DNA from: a virus
DNA: 64,000 bases
Direction: 5' to 3' (one strand)
IMG/VR virus record: IMGVR_UViG_3300025131_000005
Of the stretch, positions 26,622-35,844 are shown in pieces. Both the position numbers and the translations under genes were made by a program. The notes beneath the pieces were generated by a model. It had not been told where the DNA came from. It saw only the letters and a list, made by a program, of their open reading frames with translations, and made no database searches. Numbering within the stretch: position 1 is the first letter of the stretch; each line of letters opens with the position of its first letter.

Positions 26622-27466
26622 TGTCAAAAAAAGCGCTTTTAATCCAACCGGGAAAGCTTGGAGATCTTGTTATTACGACTCCTATAGCAAAACATTATCA
26701 TGATATGGGCTATGAAGTACACTGGCCAGTCTTTGATAATTTTGCTAATTATTTTAAAGCGTTTGATCATATAAATTCATTTTGTTTTGGTGCAAAAATG
26801 AACCCTTCGGCATATTATAGAAATGAACGTCTAGATCGACATACACCTGAAGTATTTTTAAAAGCAGGAGGACAATTCTTTACTCATTTGAATAAATTCA
26901 TTAATGACAATAATGACTATGAAATAGTTGATTTCTGCTTTACTTTTCCGGGCCATTTTAATAATTACAATAATCGTTTAACAAAAACCTTCGAAGCGGA
27001 AAATAGAAACTGGATTGATTTAAAATATCATTTAGCTGAAGTTCCTTTGAAAAAAAGATGGGAATATGAGTGGAATAGAGATGAAGAAAAAGAAGATAAA
27101 TTATTAGAATTTATAACTAATTTTACAAAGAAAAAATATGGGTCAGAAAAATATTCAATAGTACATGAATATCGAGGAGGTACCCCATTAAAAGAAATAA
27201 AAACAGAAAATCCAATTAATTTTTCATATATAAAAGGATATGAAATTTATGATTGGTATAAAGTATTGTTAAATGCACAATCAATTGTGTGCGTCGATTC
27301 ATGTTTAGCAAATTTTGTAGAAGTAATACCAGCTTTCAAGAATATAAAAAAACATTATTTGGGAAGTGAGGAGCCTCATTTTCACCCATATATGAGAAAT
27401 ATACTTTTAAATAATTGGATTGATCATTCCGATAGCGATACTGCTTATAATGGCTTTCAATTATGA
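26621..27466 (+). CDS. GT9 (heptosyltransferase)-like glycosyltransferase
   Basis: N-terminal PGKLGDLVITTP and C-terminal VCVDSCL. Confidence 0.55.
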   Translation: MSKKALLIQPGKLGDLVITTPIAKHYHDMGYEVHWPVFDNFANYFKAFDHINSFCFGAKMNPSAYYRNERLDRHTPEVFLKAGGQFFTHLNKFINDNNDYEIVDFCFTFPGHFNNYNNRLTKTFEAENRNWIDLKYHLAEVPLKKRWEYEWNRDEEKEDKLLEFITNFTKKKYGSEKYSIVHEYRGGTPLKEIKTENPINFSYIKGYEIYDWYKVLLNAQSIVCVDSCLANFVEVIPAFKNIKKHYLGSEEPHFHPYMRNILLNNWIDHSDSDTAYNGFQL

Positions 27467-27864
27467 GAAAAATAGGATTTGTAAATGGATGTTTTGATAT
27501 TCTTCATATCGGACATTTGAAATTATTTGAATTTTGTAGAAGCCAATGTGATTATTTAGTTGTAGGAATTGATTCGGATTCAATGGTAAAAAAAGCTAAG
27601 GGAGAATCAAGACCATATAACAATGAAGCGGATAGAAAATATTTTTTAGAAAATATAAAAGCCGTCGACAAAGTTTTTATTTTTAATTCTCATTCTTTTT
27701 TAGAAAATAAATTAAGCACACTAAGCCCGGATATCATGTTTGTGGGTTCTGATTATAGAGATAGGAAAGTCATTGGCAGCCAATTTGCCAAAGAATTAAA
27801 ATTTTTTGAGAAAATAAATGGGCACTCAACAACAAAACTCATACAAGATATTACTTTTGGGTGA
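27463..27864 (+). CDS. hldC: HldE/RfaE domain II-like sugar-phosphate nucleotidyltransferase
   Basis: GCFDILHIGH, VGIDSD, RPYN, VGSDY, GHSTT. Confidence 0.8.
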   Translation: MRKIGFVNGCFDILHIGHLKLFEFCRSQCDYLVVGIDSDSMVKKAKGESRPYNNEADRKYFLENIKAVDKVFIFNSHSFLENKLSTLSPDIMFVGSDYRDRKVIGSQFAKELKFFEKINGHSTTKLIQDITFG

Positions 27865-28615
27865 TGGATGCATTGACAAATATCATTTTGGTCAATGCGA
27901 AAGACTATCACCAGAAGCACCGGTACCAGTTTTCAAATTGATGAGAACCAAACCAATGCCAGGAATGGCTTTGAATGTAGAGAAGAATTTGTCTGCTTTT
28001 GGTATTAATGTAGATACCATCAGTAATGAGGGTAAACTGATTACAAAAGAAAGATTCATCGATGAAAAATCCGGGCAACAACTTTTGCGTTTAGATACCG
28101 GTGAAAATGAATTATTAGATCCTATAGATGTAGAGGATATTGACTTAAATCTATACGACTGTGTTGTGGTTTCGGATTACAATAAGGGTATTTTAGATTA
28201 TCACAATTGTTCTCTCTTGGCGAAGAAGTGTATACAAGAAAATAAATTTTTATTTGTGGATAGCAAGAAAAAGGATTTAAGTTGTTTCGAGGGAGCAATA
28301 ATAAAAATTAATAAAAGAGAAAAGGAATTAGTTGAAAATTTTCCTATTAAATATGATATAATTATAACTCATGGAGAGCAGGGTGCTACATGGGATGGTT
28401 TACATTTCCCCTCGGATCCTACCGAAGTATTTGATGTATCTGGAGCGGGAGATACTTTCTTTGCCGCTCTTGTAAGCGAGTATTTGGTATCTAAAAATAT
28501 AGCTACTTCTATAGTATTTGCTAATAAATGCGCGGCCCTTACCGTCAAAAAAATTGGAGTATATTCACCAACACAGACAGAAATAAAGGATATTAAAAAT
28601 GGTTTATGTGGTTGA
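27818..28615 (+). CDS. hldA: HldE/RfaE domain I-like PfkB sugar kinase
   Basis: RLSPEAPVPV, SDYNKG, DVSGAGDT. Confidence 0.85.
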   Translation: MGTQQQNSYKILLLGDGCIDKYHFGQCERLSPEAPVPVFKLMRTKPMPGMALNVEKNLSAFGINVDTISNEGKLITKERFIDEKSGQQLLRLDTGENELLDPIDVEDIDLNLYDCVVVSDYNKGILDYHNCSLLAKKCIQENKFLFVDSKKKDLSCFEGAIIKINKREKELVENFPIKYDIIITHGEQGATWDGLHFPSDPTEVFDVSGAGDTFFAALVSEYLVSKNIATSIVFANKCAALTVKKIGVYSPTQTEIKDIKNGLCG

Positions 28616-28940
28616 TATCGATGGTACTATATGTACTTTGAGTAAAGATTTAACTTATACAGATTCGAAACCTCTTAAAGAGAGAATTGAAAAACTTAAT
28701 AAACTACACGACGAGGGTCATACTATAATTTACCACACAGCTCGTGGGATGGGTCGTAACAACAATATACGCTCCTTGGCTGAAGCTAAGTTTTATCTTT
28801 TTACCGTTAAACAACTTAAAGGATGGGGATGCAAGTATCACCGAATCTTTTTAGGCAAACCTGCTGGCGATATTTATATTGATGATAAAGCAATGAAAGA
28901 TGGAGAGTTTTTTGAAGATCGCGATGACATTTGTCCCTAA
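28599..28940 (+). CDS. Minimal HAD phosphatase
   Basis: VDIDGTIC, HTARG, GKP..DIYIDD. Confidence 0.8.
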   Translation: MVYVVDIDGTICTLSKDLTYTDSKPLKERIEKLNKLHDEGHTIIYHTARGMGRNNNIRSLAEAKFYLFTVKQLKGWGCKYHRIFLGKPAGDIYIDDKAMKDGEFFEDRDDICP

Positions 28941-29265
28941 AGGATGGGGATTTGAAAAATGGATTGTTAACTGTGACAAATATTGTGGAAAATTACTTTA
29001 TTTCGTAAAAGGAAAAAAGTGTTCATGGCATTATCATAAAATAAAAGATGAAGTTTTTTATGTACAAAGCGGTAAAATTATGGTAAAGTATTCGTATAAT
29101 GATGATCTTTCCAAGGCACGCAAAATTATTCTTGAAGCGGGAGATAATTTTCATGTTGCCGTGGGCATGAGACACCAAATGATAGCACTACAAGATACTG
29201 AATTATTTGAGTTTTCTACTCAACATTTTGATGAAGATAGCTATCGGATTGTGAAAGGAGACTGA
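28924..29265 (+). CDS. Cupin protein (sugar isomerase/epimerase-like)
   Basis: PKGWGFE, HYHKIKDE.FYV.SG, RHQM. Confidence 0.8.
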   Translation: MTFVPKGWGFEKWIVNCDKYCGKLLYFVKGKKCSWHYHKIKDEVFYVQSGKIMVKYSYNDDLSKARKIILEAGDNFHVAVGMRHQMIALQDTELFEFSTQHFDEDSYRIVKGD

Positions 29266-30042
29266 ATGAGTGAGAGAGAGTTCGAATTTGTACACAAGAA
29301 CCCAAAGTCTTTTATAACAACCGGGGATATGGGAGACGTTATATATCACCTTCTCTTCATAAAGAAACTAGGGGGCACCAAATATCATATCGATCCATCT
29401 CCTACCAGCTATGAGAGAAATGGATACATTCGAGTTGGGGACGGTAACCCAGGAAAATTTAATTTAACTAAGGCGCTTTTTCTGTTGCCGTTAATTAAGA
29501 AACAATCTTATCTGGAAGATGTAGATCTCTATAATAGTGAGCCCTCACGAGCTTGGCAGTATTATGATGTCCATACAGGGGAATACCACAAGGATGATCT
29601 AGGCATGCAAAATTTAGTTCAGTTTCATGCTAAGAAGTATGGCTTGCCCCTCGACGAGCTAAATGAGCCATGGCTAGAGGTTAAGTCAGCGAGAAGAGTC
29701 GATCCCAACCGCGACACGGTAATTAGCCGAACGCTAAGATATCGAGGAAATGATAATTATTATTACTTTAATAGAGAGCGTCTTAACCAGAGGGGAGTTT
29801 TTGTTGGACTTGGCGAGGAATATACAGATTTTGTGCAGAGATTTGGTTGCGTTAATGTACCTCTCCGCCGCGTAGATACCGCCTTGGAGATGGCAGAAGT
29901 CATTAATGGACATCAACACTTTGTAGGTAACGGCTCTTTGGTAGCGTCAATTGCTTTAGGTTTGGGATTAGAGATAGAATATGAGTTTTGTCCAGCTGCT
30001 GCTCATTATTTATTCAAAAGAGATAATATTAATATATTTTAA
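29266..30042 (+). CDS. GT9-like glycosyltransferase
   Basis: GDMGDVI; C-terminal FVGNGS..ASIALG. Confidence 0.55.
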   Translation: MSEREFEFVHKNPKSFITTGDMGDVIYHLLFIKKLGGTKYHIDPSPTSYERNGYIRVGDGNPGKFNLTKALFLLPLIKKQSYLEDVDLYNSEPSRAWQYYDVHTGEYHKDDLGMQNLVQFHAKKYGLPLDELNEPWLEVKSARRVDPNRDTVISRTLRYRGNDNYYYFNRERLNQRGVFVGLGEEYTDFVQRFGCVNVPLRRVDTALEMAEVINGHQHFVGNGSLVASIALGLGLEIEYEFCPAAAHYLFKRDNINIF

Positions 30043-30059
30043 TAAAAAAGGAAACACAC

Positions 30060-30860
30060 ATGAAAATTGCATTTATATCATATATTTTTGGCAACGACCA
30101 CGCCGTTGTTAATTTTGGAACCTTCAAGATGATGAGTTCTTTCAAACGTTTTCATCCGGATATTCCTCTCTATATGCTTACAGAGAAAGAGATTAACAAA
30201 GAGGCACAAACAGTAGTTCCGATGAGTATGACTTATTTAAATCCTCTAATGACGCGTACAATCGCTGATGATTATGACCTTGTGGTTCATATCGATACCG
30301 ATGTTGTGGTAACGGATCGCTTAGATGAAATTCTAGAGGGCGATTATGATGTTGCGGTGGGACGCAATAATGCGGATCAAAGAACTGCAGGATGTGGCAC
30401 TCCTCACACTCTAAATGGAGAAGTAGACGTTTTTAAATATGCAAATGCGGGAATTGTAGCATCTACTAAAAAGGAATTTTGGGATGATTGGGTTGAATTA
30501 AATCAAAAGAATTTTAATAAATATCCTATGCATGAACAAGACAATTTAAATATTTTGATTAATTCAGGTAAATATAAAGTTAAATGGTTAGATCCACCGG
30601 AAAAATCGCTATATTATAATATTGCTAGTGCCTATGGAGATCCCAAGTGGAATGGTCAGTGGGACAAACACTGGGAAAGTTGGGAAAGAATTGAACTTAA
30701 AGATGATAAATTGTGGCTCGATGGAAAACTGATAAAGATGTTACATTATGCCGGGGGGAATACGCCCGATAAATTTAATCTTACGAGGCATTTTTCTGAT
30801 GAAGTCACAGAGCATATTAAAAAGCTTTGTAATATACCAAAGAAATTTAAAGGAGAATAA
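30060..30860 (+). CDS. GT-A glycosyltransferase (GT8-like)
   Basis: HIDTD (DxD), NAGIV, EQDNLN, LHYAG. Confidence 0.8.
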   Translation: MKIAFISYIFGNDHAVVNFGTFKMMSSFKRFHPDIPLYMLTEKEINKEAQTVVPMSMTYLNPLMTRTIADDYDLVVHIDTDVVVTDRLDEILEGDYDVAVGRNNADQRTAGCGTPHTLNGEVDVFKYANAGIVASTKKEFWDDWVELNQKNFNKYPMHEQDNLNILINSGKYKVKWLDPPEKSLYYNIASAYGDPKWNGQWDKHWESWERIELKDDKLWLDGKLIKMLHYAGGNTPDKFNLTRHFSDEVTEHIKKLCNIPKKFKGE

Positions 30861-30862
30861 AA
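30659..30862 (+). repeat. 204-bp perfect direct repeat, copy 1 (3' end of GT8 gene plus RBS)
   Basis: Identical by eye to 31914-32117 (offset 1255). Confidence 0.95.
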
Positions 30863-30864
30863 AG

Positions 30865-31806
30865 ATGACTGTTTATGATTTCTGTCCATTTTTAGACGAA
30901 AACGATCTATATGAACTTAGGTTAAACCAGCATTGGAATTTTGTTGATAAATTTATTGTAGTGGAAGCTTCAGAAACACACACTGGACACGCAAAACCTT
31001 TTAACTTTGATCAAAAAAGATTTGAAAAATATTCTGAAAAACTCATATATGTTCAAATTGATTTTCATGACGCGTTCACGAGTAACGATTTTTTAGATAG
31101 TTTTACAAATTTTGATGAAAGACCACCTGAGTGGATTAGAGATAACTATCAAGGAAATTATTTTACTAAAATTTTAAAAGATTTAGGCGCGCAAGATGAC
31201 GATATAATTTATGCTAGTTCTTTAGATGAGATAATTAGAGAAGAAGCTTTTTATGAATCTTTGCGTATTTTTAAAAACACAAAAAATATCAAATTTGCAT
31301 TGCAAACCCCTCCTAATCACCCGCCCCATCTTGTGCAATATTGGCATCATAATCAAAATGTTTTTTTTCCAAACAAGGTAAGTCGTCCTATAATGGGCTT
31401 TCATATGGAGTGGTTTGTATATAAGTTTAATTTAACATCTCACATACGTTGCCCCATGGGCAATATTACAGAATATTCAACTTATAAACAAATCTTACCA
31501 GCAACGATGAGACACATGGCTCTTTCGACACACCCGCCAATTGGCACAACTGAAAAGCCTGCAGGGTGGCATTTTACTTTTTTAGATGACACAAATGGAG
31601 ATAAAATTATAAAAAAACTAGATTCTTATGCGCATCATGTCGATTATATGCCCGAGTATTTAAACCTCGATAAACACGATGTAACACTAAAGATGCTTAG
31701 AAAACACAGAGCAAAGAAAAAACCGCTGACATTTCCTGATTTTCCATCTTATTTAATTGACAACTTAGATAAATTTAAAAATTATATCTTCGAAGGCAGC
31801 ACTTAA
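30865..31806 (+). CDS. GT17-like glycosyltransferase, paralog a
   Basis: MTVYDFCPF..E...ELRL, VEASETHTG, RDNYQ, GWHFTF; AGGAG RBS. Confidence 0.8.
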   Translation: MTVYDFCPFLDENDLYELRLNQHWNFVDKFIVVEASETHTGHAKPFNFDQKRFEKYSEKLIYVQIDFHDAFTSNDFLDSFTNFDERPPEWIRDNYQGNYFTKILKDLGAQDDDIIYASSLDEIIREEAFYESLRIFKNTKNIKFALQTPPNHPPHLVQYWHHNQNVFFPNKVSRPIMGFHMEWFVYKFNLTSHIRCPMGNITEYSTYKQILPATMRHMALSTHPPIGTTEKPAGWHFTFLDDTNGDKIIKKLDSYAHHVDYMPEYLNLDKHDVTLKMLRKHRAKKKPLTFPDFPSYLIDNLDKFKNYIFEGST

Positions 31807-31807
31807 A

Positions 31808-31987
31808 ATGGCTGTTTACGATTGCTTTCCTTTTTTCAACGAAAATGATTTATTAGAACTAAGGTTAAATCAACATTGGAATTACGTAGACAAATTTATT
31901 ATCACTGAAGCCGGTGGGACAAACACTGGGAAAGTTGGGAAAGAATTGAACTTAAAGATGATAAATTGTGGCTCGATGGAAAACTGA
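31808..31987 (+). pseudogene. Truncated GT17-like paralog b fused out of frame to the duplicated GT8 segment
   Basis: 36 codons MAVYDCFPFFNENDLLELRLNQHWNYVDKFIITEAG run into repeat copy 2 and stop at 31985-31987. Confidence 0.85.
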
Positions 31988-32117
31988 TAAAGATGTTACA
32001 TTATGCCGGGGGGAATACGCCCGATAAATTTAATCTTACGAGGCATTTTTCTGATGAAGTCACAGAGCATATTAAAAAGCTTTGTAATATACCAAAGAAA
32101 TTTAAAGGAGAATAAAA
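31914..32117 (+). repeat. 204-bp perfect direct repeat, copy 2
   Basis: Identical by eye to 30659-30862. Confidence 0.95.
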
Positions 32118-32818
32118 TGAAGGTACAGAAACAAATGGAGAGTATTAATTATGAATTTGGAGGTGATTTATTTATTGACGTCGGCGCTAACGTCGGCATG
32201 TGGGTTAAGGAGCTGGGGTATCTTTATGGCAGAATCATATGTATAGAGCCGAGTCAAGAGGCTTTTAAACTACTCAGATCTGCAACGGAATACAAATATG
32301 GAGATAAGACAACTTATATAAATAAAGCTGGTTGGTCCGAGAGTAATTTAAGATTAGATTTAGCAGCTGGGGGACACGATACTGGAAATTTTACAGTTTT
32401 TGGAGAAAAATTGATAAAACCAGAAAATATAATCAAACGTGATACATGCACTACCATGACTATAGATGAATTACTTGACGAGGTGAAGGACGAAGAAAAA
32501 GATATTCTAATTAAAATAGATACAGAGGGAGCAGATTGGGAAATCCTTGACGGCGCGAGAGATTTTATCAAGGCACACAGGCCAACGATTGCTTTGGAGA
32601 ATCATTTTCATATGCATTATGATAAAGAAAAATATTATTCATTGATTTCTTTTTTTCATGAACAAAATTATAATATAATTGAATTTAAGAATACCGACTA
32701 TCTTGAGTCCTACAATCACCAACGAATTTTTGGCGGTGACCGGGATTATACGGGAGCAGAGATGTATGACAAACATTACCAAATGATATTTGAACCAAAA
32801 AAGTTTTTAGGTGAGTAG
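32117..32818 (+). CDS. FkbM-family SAM-dependent methyltransferase
   Basis: FIDVGANVG, IEP, TIDE, IKIDTEGADWEIL; uses the RBS supplied by repeat copy 2. Confidence 0.85.
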   Translation: MKVQKQMESINYEFGGDLFIDVGANVGMWVKELGYLYGRIICIEPSQEAFKLLRSATEYKYGDKTTYINKAGWSESNLRLDLAAGGHDTGNFTVFGEKLIKPENIIKRDTCTTMTIDELLDEVKDEEKDILIKIDTEGADWEILDGARDFIKAHRPTIALENHFHMHYDKEKYYSLISFFHEQNYNIIEFKNTDYLESYNHQRIFGGDRDYTGAEMYDKHYQMIFEPKKFLGE

Positions 32819-32825
32819 GTGAATA

Positions 32826-33755
32826 ATGGCAGTATATGATTGTTTCCCCTTCTTTAACGAAAATGATTTACTTGAGATAAGATTAAATCAACATTGGGAT
32901 TATGTAGATAAATTTATTGTTACAGAGGCAGGAGAGACCCATACCGGCTTGAAGAAACCATTTAATTTTGATCATGAACGATTCAAAAAGTATGACTCAA
33001 AAATAATTTACCATCAAATTAAAGATTTTAGAAAAGAAATTCAAGAAGTTGGCGCGGAGGTATTAGATAATTATAGCCTTCGTGACCGCAGCCAAAATGG
33101 GCAGTTTACAGATGATTGGGTAAGAGATCATTTTCAAGGAAACTATCCAGTAAAAATCTTAAAAGAATTAGGAGCCAAAGATACGGATATAACTTATTTC
33201 AGTGCTGTAGATGAAATTTTGAGTGATCAAGGTTTTAAAGAAGGAATAGCTCGTTTTGTAAACAAAGATGAGATGTACGAACTAAAAAGTGGTGGTGAAA
33301 AGGTACATAGTCAAAATAATCAACCTGTACTTATAAGACCAACTTTTGGATTTTTTTTGGATACGTATGTGTACAAATTCAATTTATTTTGTAAGAAAAT
33401 TTCTGTGGCACAAATGACTGAATTTTCTGTTCTTAAGCAAATGTTACCATCAACTATGAGAGGCATGTCTATGGGTACACATCCTAGTGTTGATAATGCC
33501 GGGTGGCATTTTACTTTTATGGATAATACGGATGGTGATAGGGTCCTTCAAAAACAAAAAAGCTGGGCACACTCCAGAGATGTCATTCCCGGTCAAAAAG
33601 TTAAGTTTACACATACAACAAAAAAAGAGGCGTTGGAGAGACTATTTGAGGATCTTAAAGTCACCAAAGTCCCTATAACTGAACAATCACATCCCAAATA
33701 TTTGATTGATAATTTAGAGAAATACAAAGACTACATATGTGAAGAAAAAGGTTGA
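32826..33755 (+). CDS. GT17-like glycosyltransferase, paralog c
   Basis: MAVYDCFPFFNE, TEAGETHTG, RDHFQ, GWHFTF. Confidence 0.8.
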   Translation: MAVYDCFPFFNENDLLEIRLNQHWDYVDKFIVTEAGETHTGLKKPFNFDHERFKKYDSKIIYHQIKDFRKEIQEVGAEVLDNYSLRDRSQNGQFTDDWVRDHFQGNYPVKILKELGAKDTDITYFSAVDEILSDQGFKEGIARFVNKDEMYELKSGGEKVHSQNNQPVLIRPTFGFFLDTYVYKFNLFCKKISVAQMTEFSVLKQMLPSTMRGMSMGTHPSVDNAGWHFTFMDNTDGDRVLQKQKSWAHSRDVIPGQKVKFTHTTKKEALERLFEDLKVTKVPITEQSHPKYLIDNLEKYKDYICEEKG

Positions 33756-33780
33756 TTTTTAGTTTTATTTGTGGTATCGT
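33752..33780 (+). promoter_or_regulatory. Sigma70-type promoter candidate
   Basis: TTGATT-17 nt-TATCGT with extended TG, 22 nt upstream of the neuB-like gene. Confidence 0.5.
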
Positions 33781-33802
33781 TGTGTTATGAATTTCTAACA
33801 AT

Positions 33803-35323
33803 ATGGAGAAACAAATGACAAGAATGTTTGAGAAATTATTTATTTTTGAGTTTGCTAATAATCATATGGGTGATGTTGAACATGGACTCAAGATGATACG
33901 TGAATTCGCTAAGGTGAAAGAACCATACAAAGAATTTGATTTTGCAGTAAAATTTCAATTTCGTAATATAGACACGTTTATTCATCCGGATTATAAAGAT
34001 CGTATGGATTTAAAATACGTAAAAAGATTTTCTGAAACTCGTCTTACATCTGAAGAATTTGCTTTATTGAAAACAGAAGCAGAAAAACATGGTTTTATTT
34101 CAATGTGCACAGGTTTCGATGAAGACTCTATTTCTTTAATTGAAGATATGGATTTTTCAATCATCAAGATTGCCAGCTGTTCTTTTACTGATTGGCCACT
34201 CCTTAACAGGATTGCTGAGACCGACATGCCAATTATTGCTTCAACTGCTGGCTCTTCTTTAGAAGATATTGATAACGTGGTCTCATTTTTTACGCATCGC
34301 AAGAAGGATTTGACCATTATGCATTGCGTTGGCGAATATCCAACAGCAACAACAAATTTACAACTTAATCAAATTTCTCTTTTGAAAAATAGATATCCTA
34401 ATATTCGAATAGGTTATTCTACTCATGAGGATCCAGGTAATCCAAACATTATACCTCTAGCTATAGCACAGGGCGCTGAAGTTTTTGAAAAACATGTAGC
34501 GGTTGAAACAGAAGAGTATGCGAAAAATGCTTATTCTTCAACCCCTGGTCAAGTAAAATCCTGGCTGCACTCCGCTAGGACAGCTTACGAAATTTCGGGT
34601 GATATTGCTGGACGACCACCAGCATCCGAAAAAGAGCTTGCCGATTTGAGGAGATTCAAGCGTGGAGTTTTCGCGAAAAGAGACATTAAGAAGAATGAAG
34701 TAGTAGAAAGAAAGGATGTCTTTTATGCTTTTCCTTGTGAAGAAGGACAAGTTTTAGCAAATGACATGTCTAAATACACACAATTCACAGCAGAAAAGGA
34801 TTTTAAGATTAATGAATCTATTTCTTTTAACAATGTACAACAAAATAATTTAAGAGAAGGGGTATATGATATTGTACAAAATGTAAAATCATTTTTATCG
34901 GAATCAAATGTTGTATATCCTGGAGAAGCAGAGTTAGAAATTTCTCATCATTATGGAATCGATCACTTCTACGAGGTTGGGATCACAATGATCACCGTAG
35001 TAAACCGTGAATATTGTAAGAAATTAATTATCGCTTTACCGGGACAATCTCATCCGGAGCAATACCATGAAAAGAAGGGAGAAACGTTTGTTATTCTTTA
35101 TGGTGATGTTGATCTTTCTTTGGACGGAGAATCGCAACGTCTTGTAAAGGGAGATGTTGTGACGATTGAACCAGGAGTTAGGCATAAATTTAAGACTTTG
35201 AATGGTTGTGTTATTGAAGAGGTTTCATCAACACACTATAAAGATGATTCTTTTTATACAGATAAAGAAATCACTAACAATAAGAATCGAAAAACTTTTA
35301 TTACACATTGGATAGGAGCATAG
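33803..35323 (+). CDS. neuB: NeuB/SpsE-family nonulosonic acid synthase with SAF domain and C-terminal cupin
   Basis: FEFANNHMG, AVKFQ, IKIAS, MHCVGEYP, GYSTHE, FEKH; C-terminal HPEQYHEKKGETF...RH. Confidence 0.88.
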   Translation: MEKQMTRMFEKLFIFEFANNHMGDVEHGLKMIREFAKVKEPYKEFDFAVKFQFRNIDTFIHPDYKDRMDLKYVKRFSETRLTSEEFALLKTEAEKHGFISMCTGFDEDSISLIEDMDFSIIKIASCSFTDWPLLNRIAETDMPIIASTAGSSLEDIDNVVSFFTHRKKDLTIMHCVGEYPTATTNLQLNQISLLKNRYPNIRIGYSTHEDPGNPNIIPLAIAQGAEVFEKHVAVETEEYAKNAYSSTPGQVKSWLHSARTAYEISGDIAGRPPASEKELADLRRFKRGVFAKRDIKKNEVVERKDVFYAFPCEEGQVLANDMSKYTQFTAEKDFKINESISFNNVQQNNLREGVYDIVQNVKSFLSESNVVYPGEAELEISHHYGIDHFYEVGITMITVVNREYCKKLIIALPGQSHPEQYHEKKGETFVILYGDVDLSLDGESQRLVKGDVVTIEPGVRHKFKTLNGCVIEEVSSTHYKDDSFYTDKEITNNKNRKTFITHWIGA

Positions 35324-35325
35324 AA

Positions 35326-35844
35326 ATGAGTGAAGAAACGATTACAGAAAGTGGACTAAAGATAACTGTTTTACAAGAAGGCACAGGCGAGGCTCCCAAA
35401 AGCGGGCAAACTGTACTAATGCATTATGAGCTTTGGGCATCCCCCGGCGCGACATCTTCAGATTATGATTATGAAAATAAAAAGTACATCGATAGTATTT
35501 CTTATAGCACTTATGATGAGAGAAATCCTTTTAGCGGTCCAATCCAAATTACTATCGGTAAGCAGACTCCAAAAGATGAAATATATTCCAAAGGAGACTC
35601 GATTGGGGGTCTAGACGAAGCACTTCTTTCGATGAAGGTGGGTGCCAAGTGTTCTCTTTTAATTCCACCACATTTGGGATATGGTCCAGAAGGAGCAAGT
35701 AGCTTTCATTCATTTCATGGTTTTGTGACACCTCCAAGTCAACCTGTGCGTTGTAATATAGAATTGGTGAGTATAATTGATGCTCAAGAGTCAAATAAAA
35801 GATCGATAGAGGATCAGCCTGAAAATGTAGCCTACGAGGGTTAA
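35326..35844 (+). CDS. FKBP-type peptidyl-prolyl isomerase with loop insertion
   Basis: EGTG..PKSGQTV..HY, IGGLDEALLSMKVG, LIPPHLGYG, IEL. Confidence 0.8.
   Translation: MSEETITESGLKITVLQEGTGEAPKSGQTVLMHYELWASPGATSSDYDYENKKYIDSISYSTYDERNPFSGPIQITIGKQTPKDEIYSKGDSIGGLDEALLSMKVGAKCSLLIPPHLGYGPEGASSFHSFHGFVTPPSQPVRCNIELVSIIDAQESNKRSIEDQPENVAYEG

Noticed and set aside
30748-32116. Identical MPGGIRPINL... N-termini of ORF-track entries 30748 and 32003
   Set aside because: Artefact of the 204-bp repeat; RBS-supported starts are 30865 and 32117.
30659-32117. Diversity-generating retroelement TR/VR pair
   Set aside because: The copies are identical with no adenine-specific mismatches, and no reverse transcriptase was seen.
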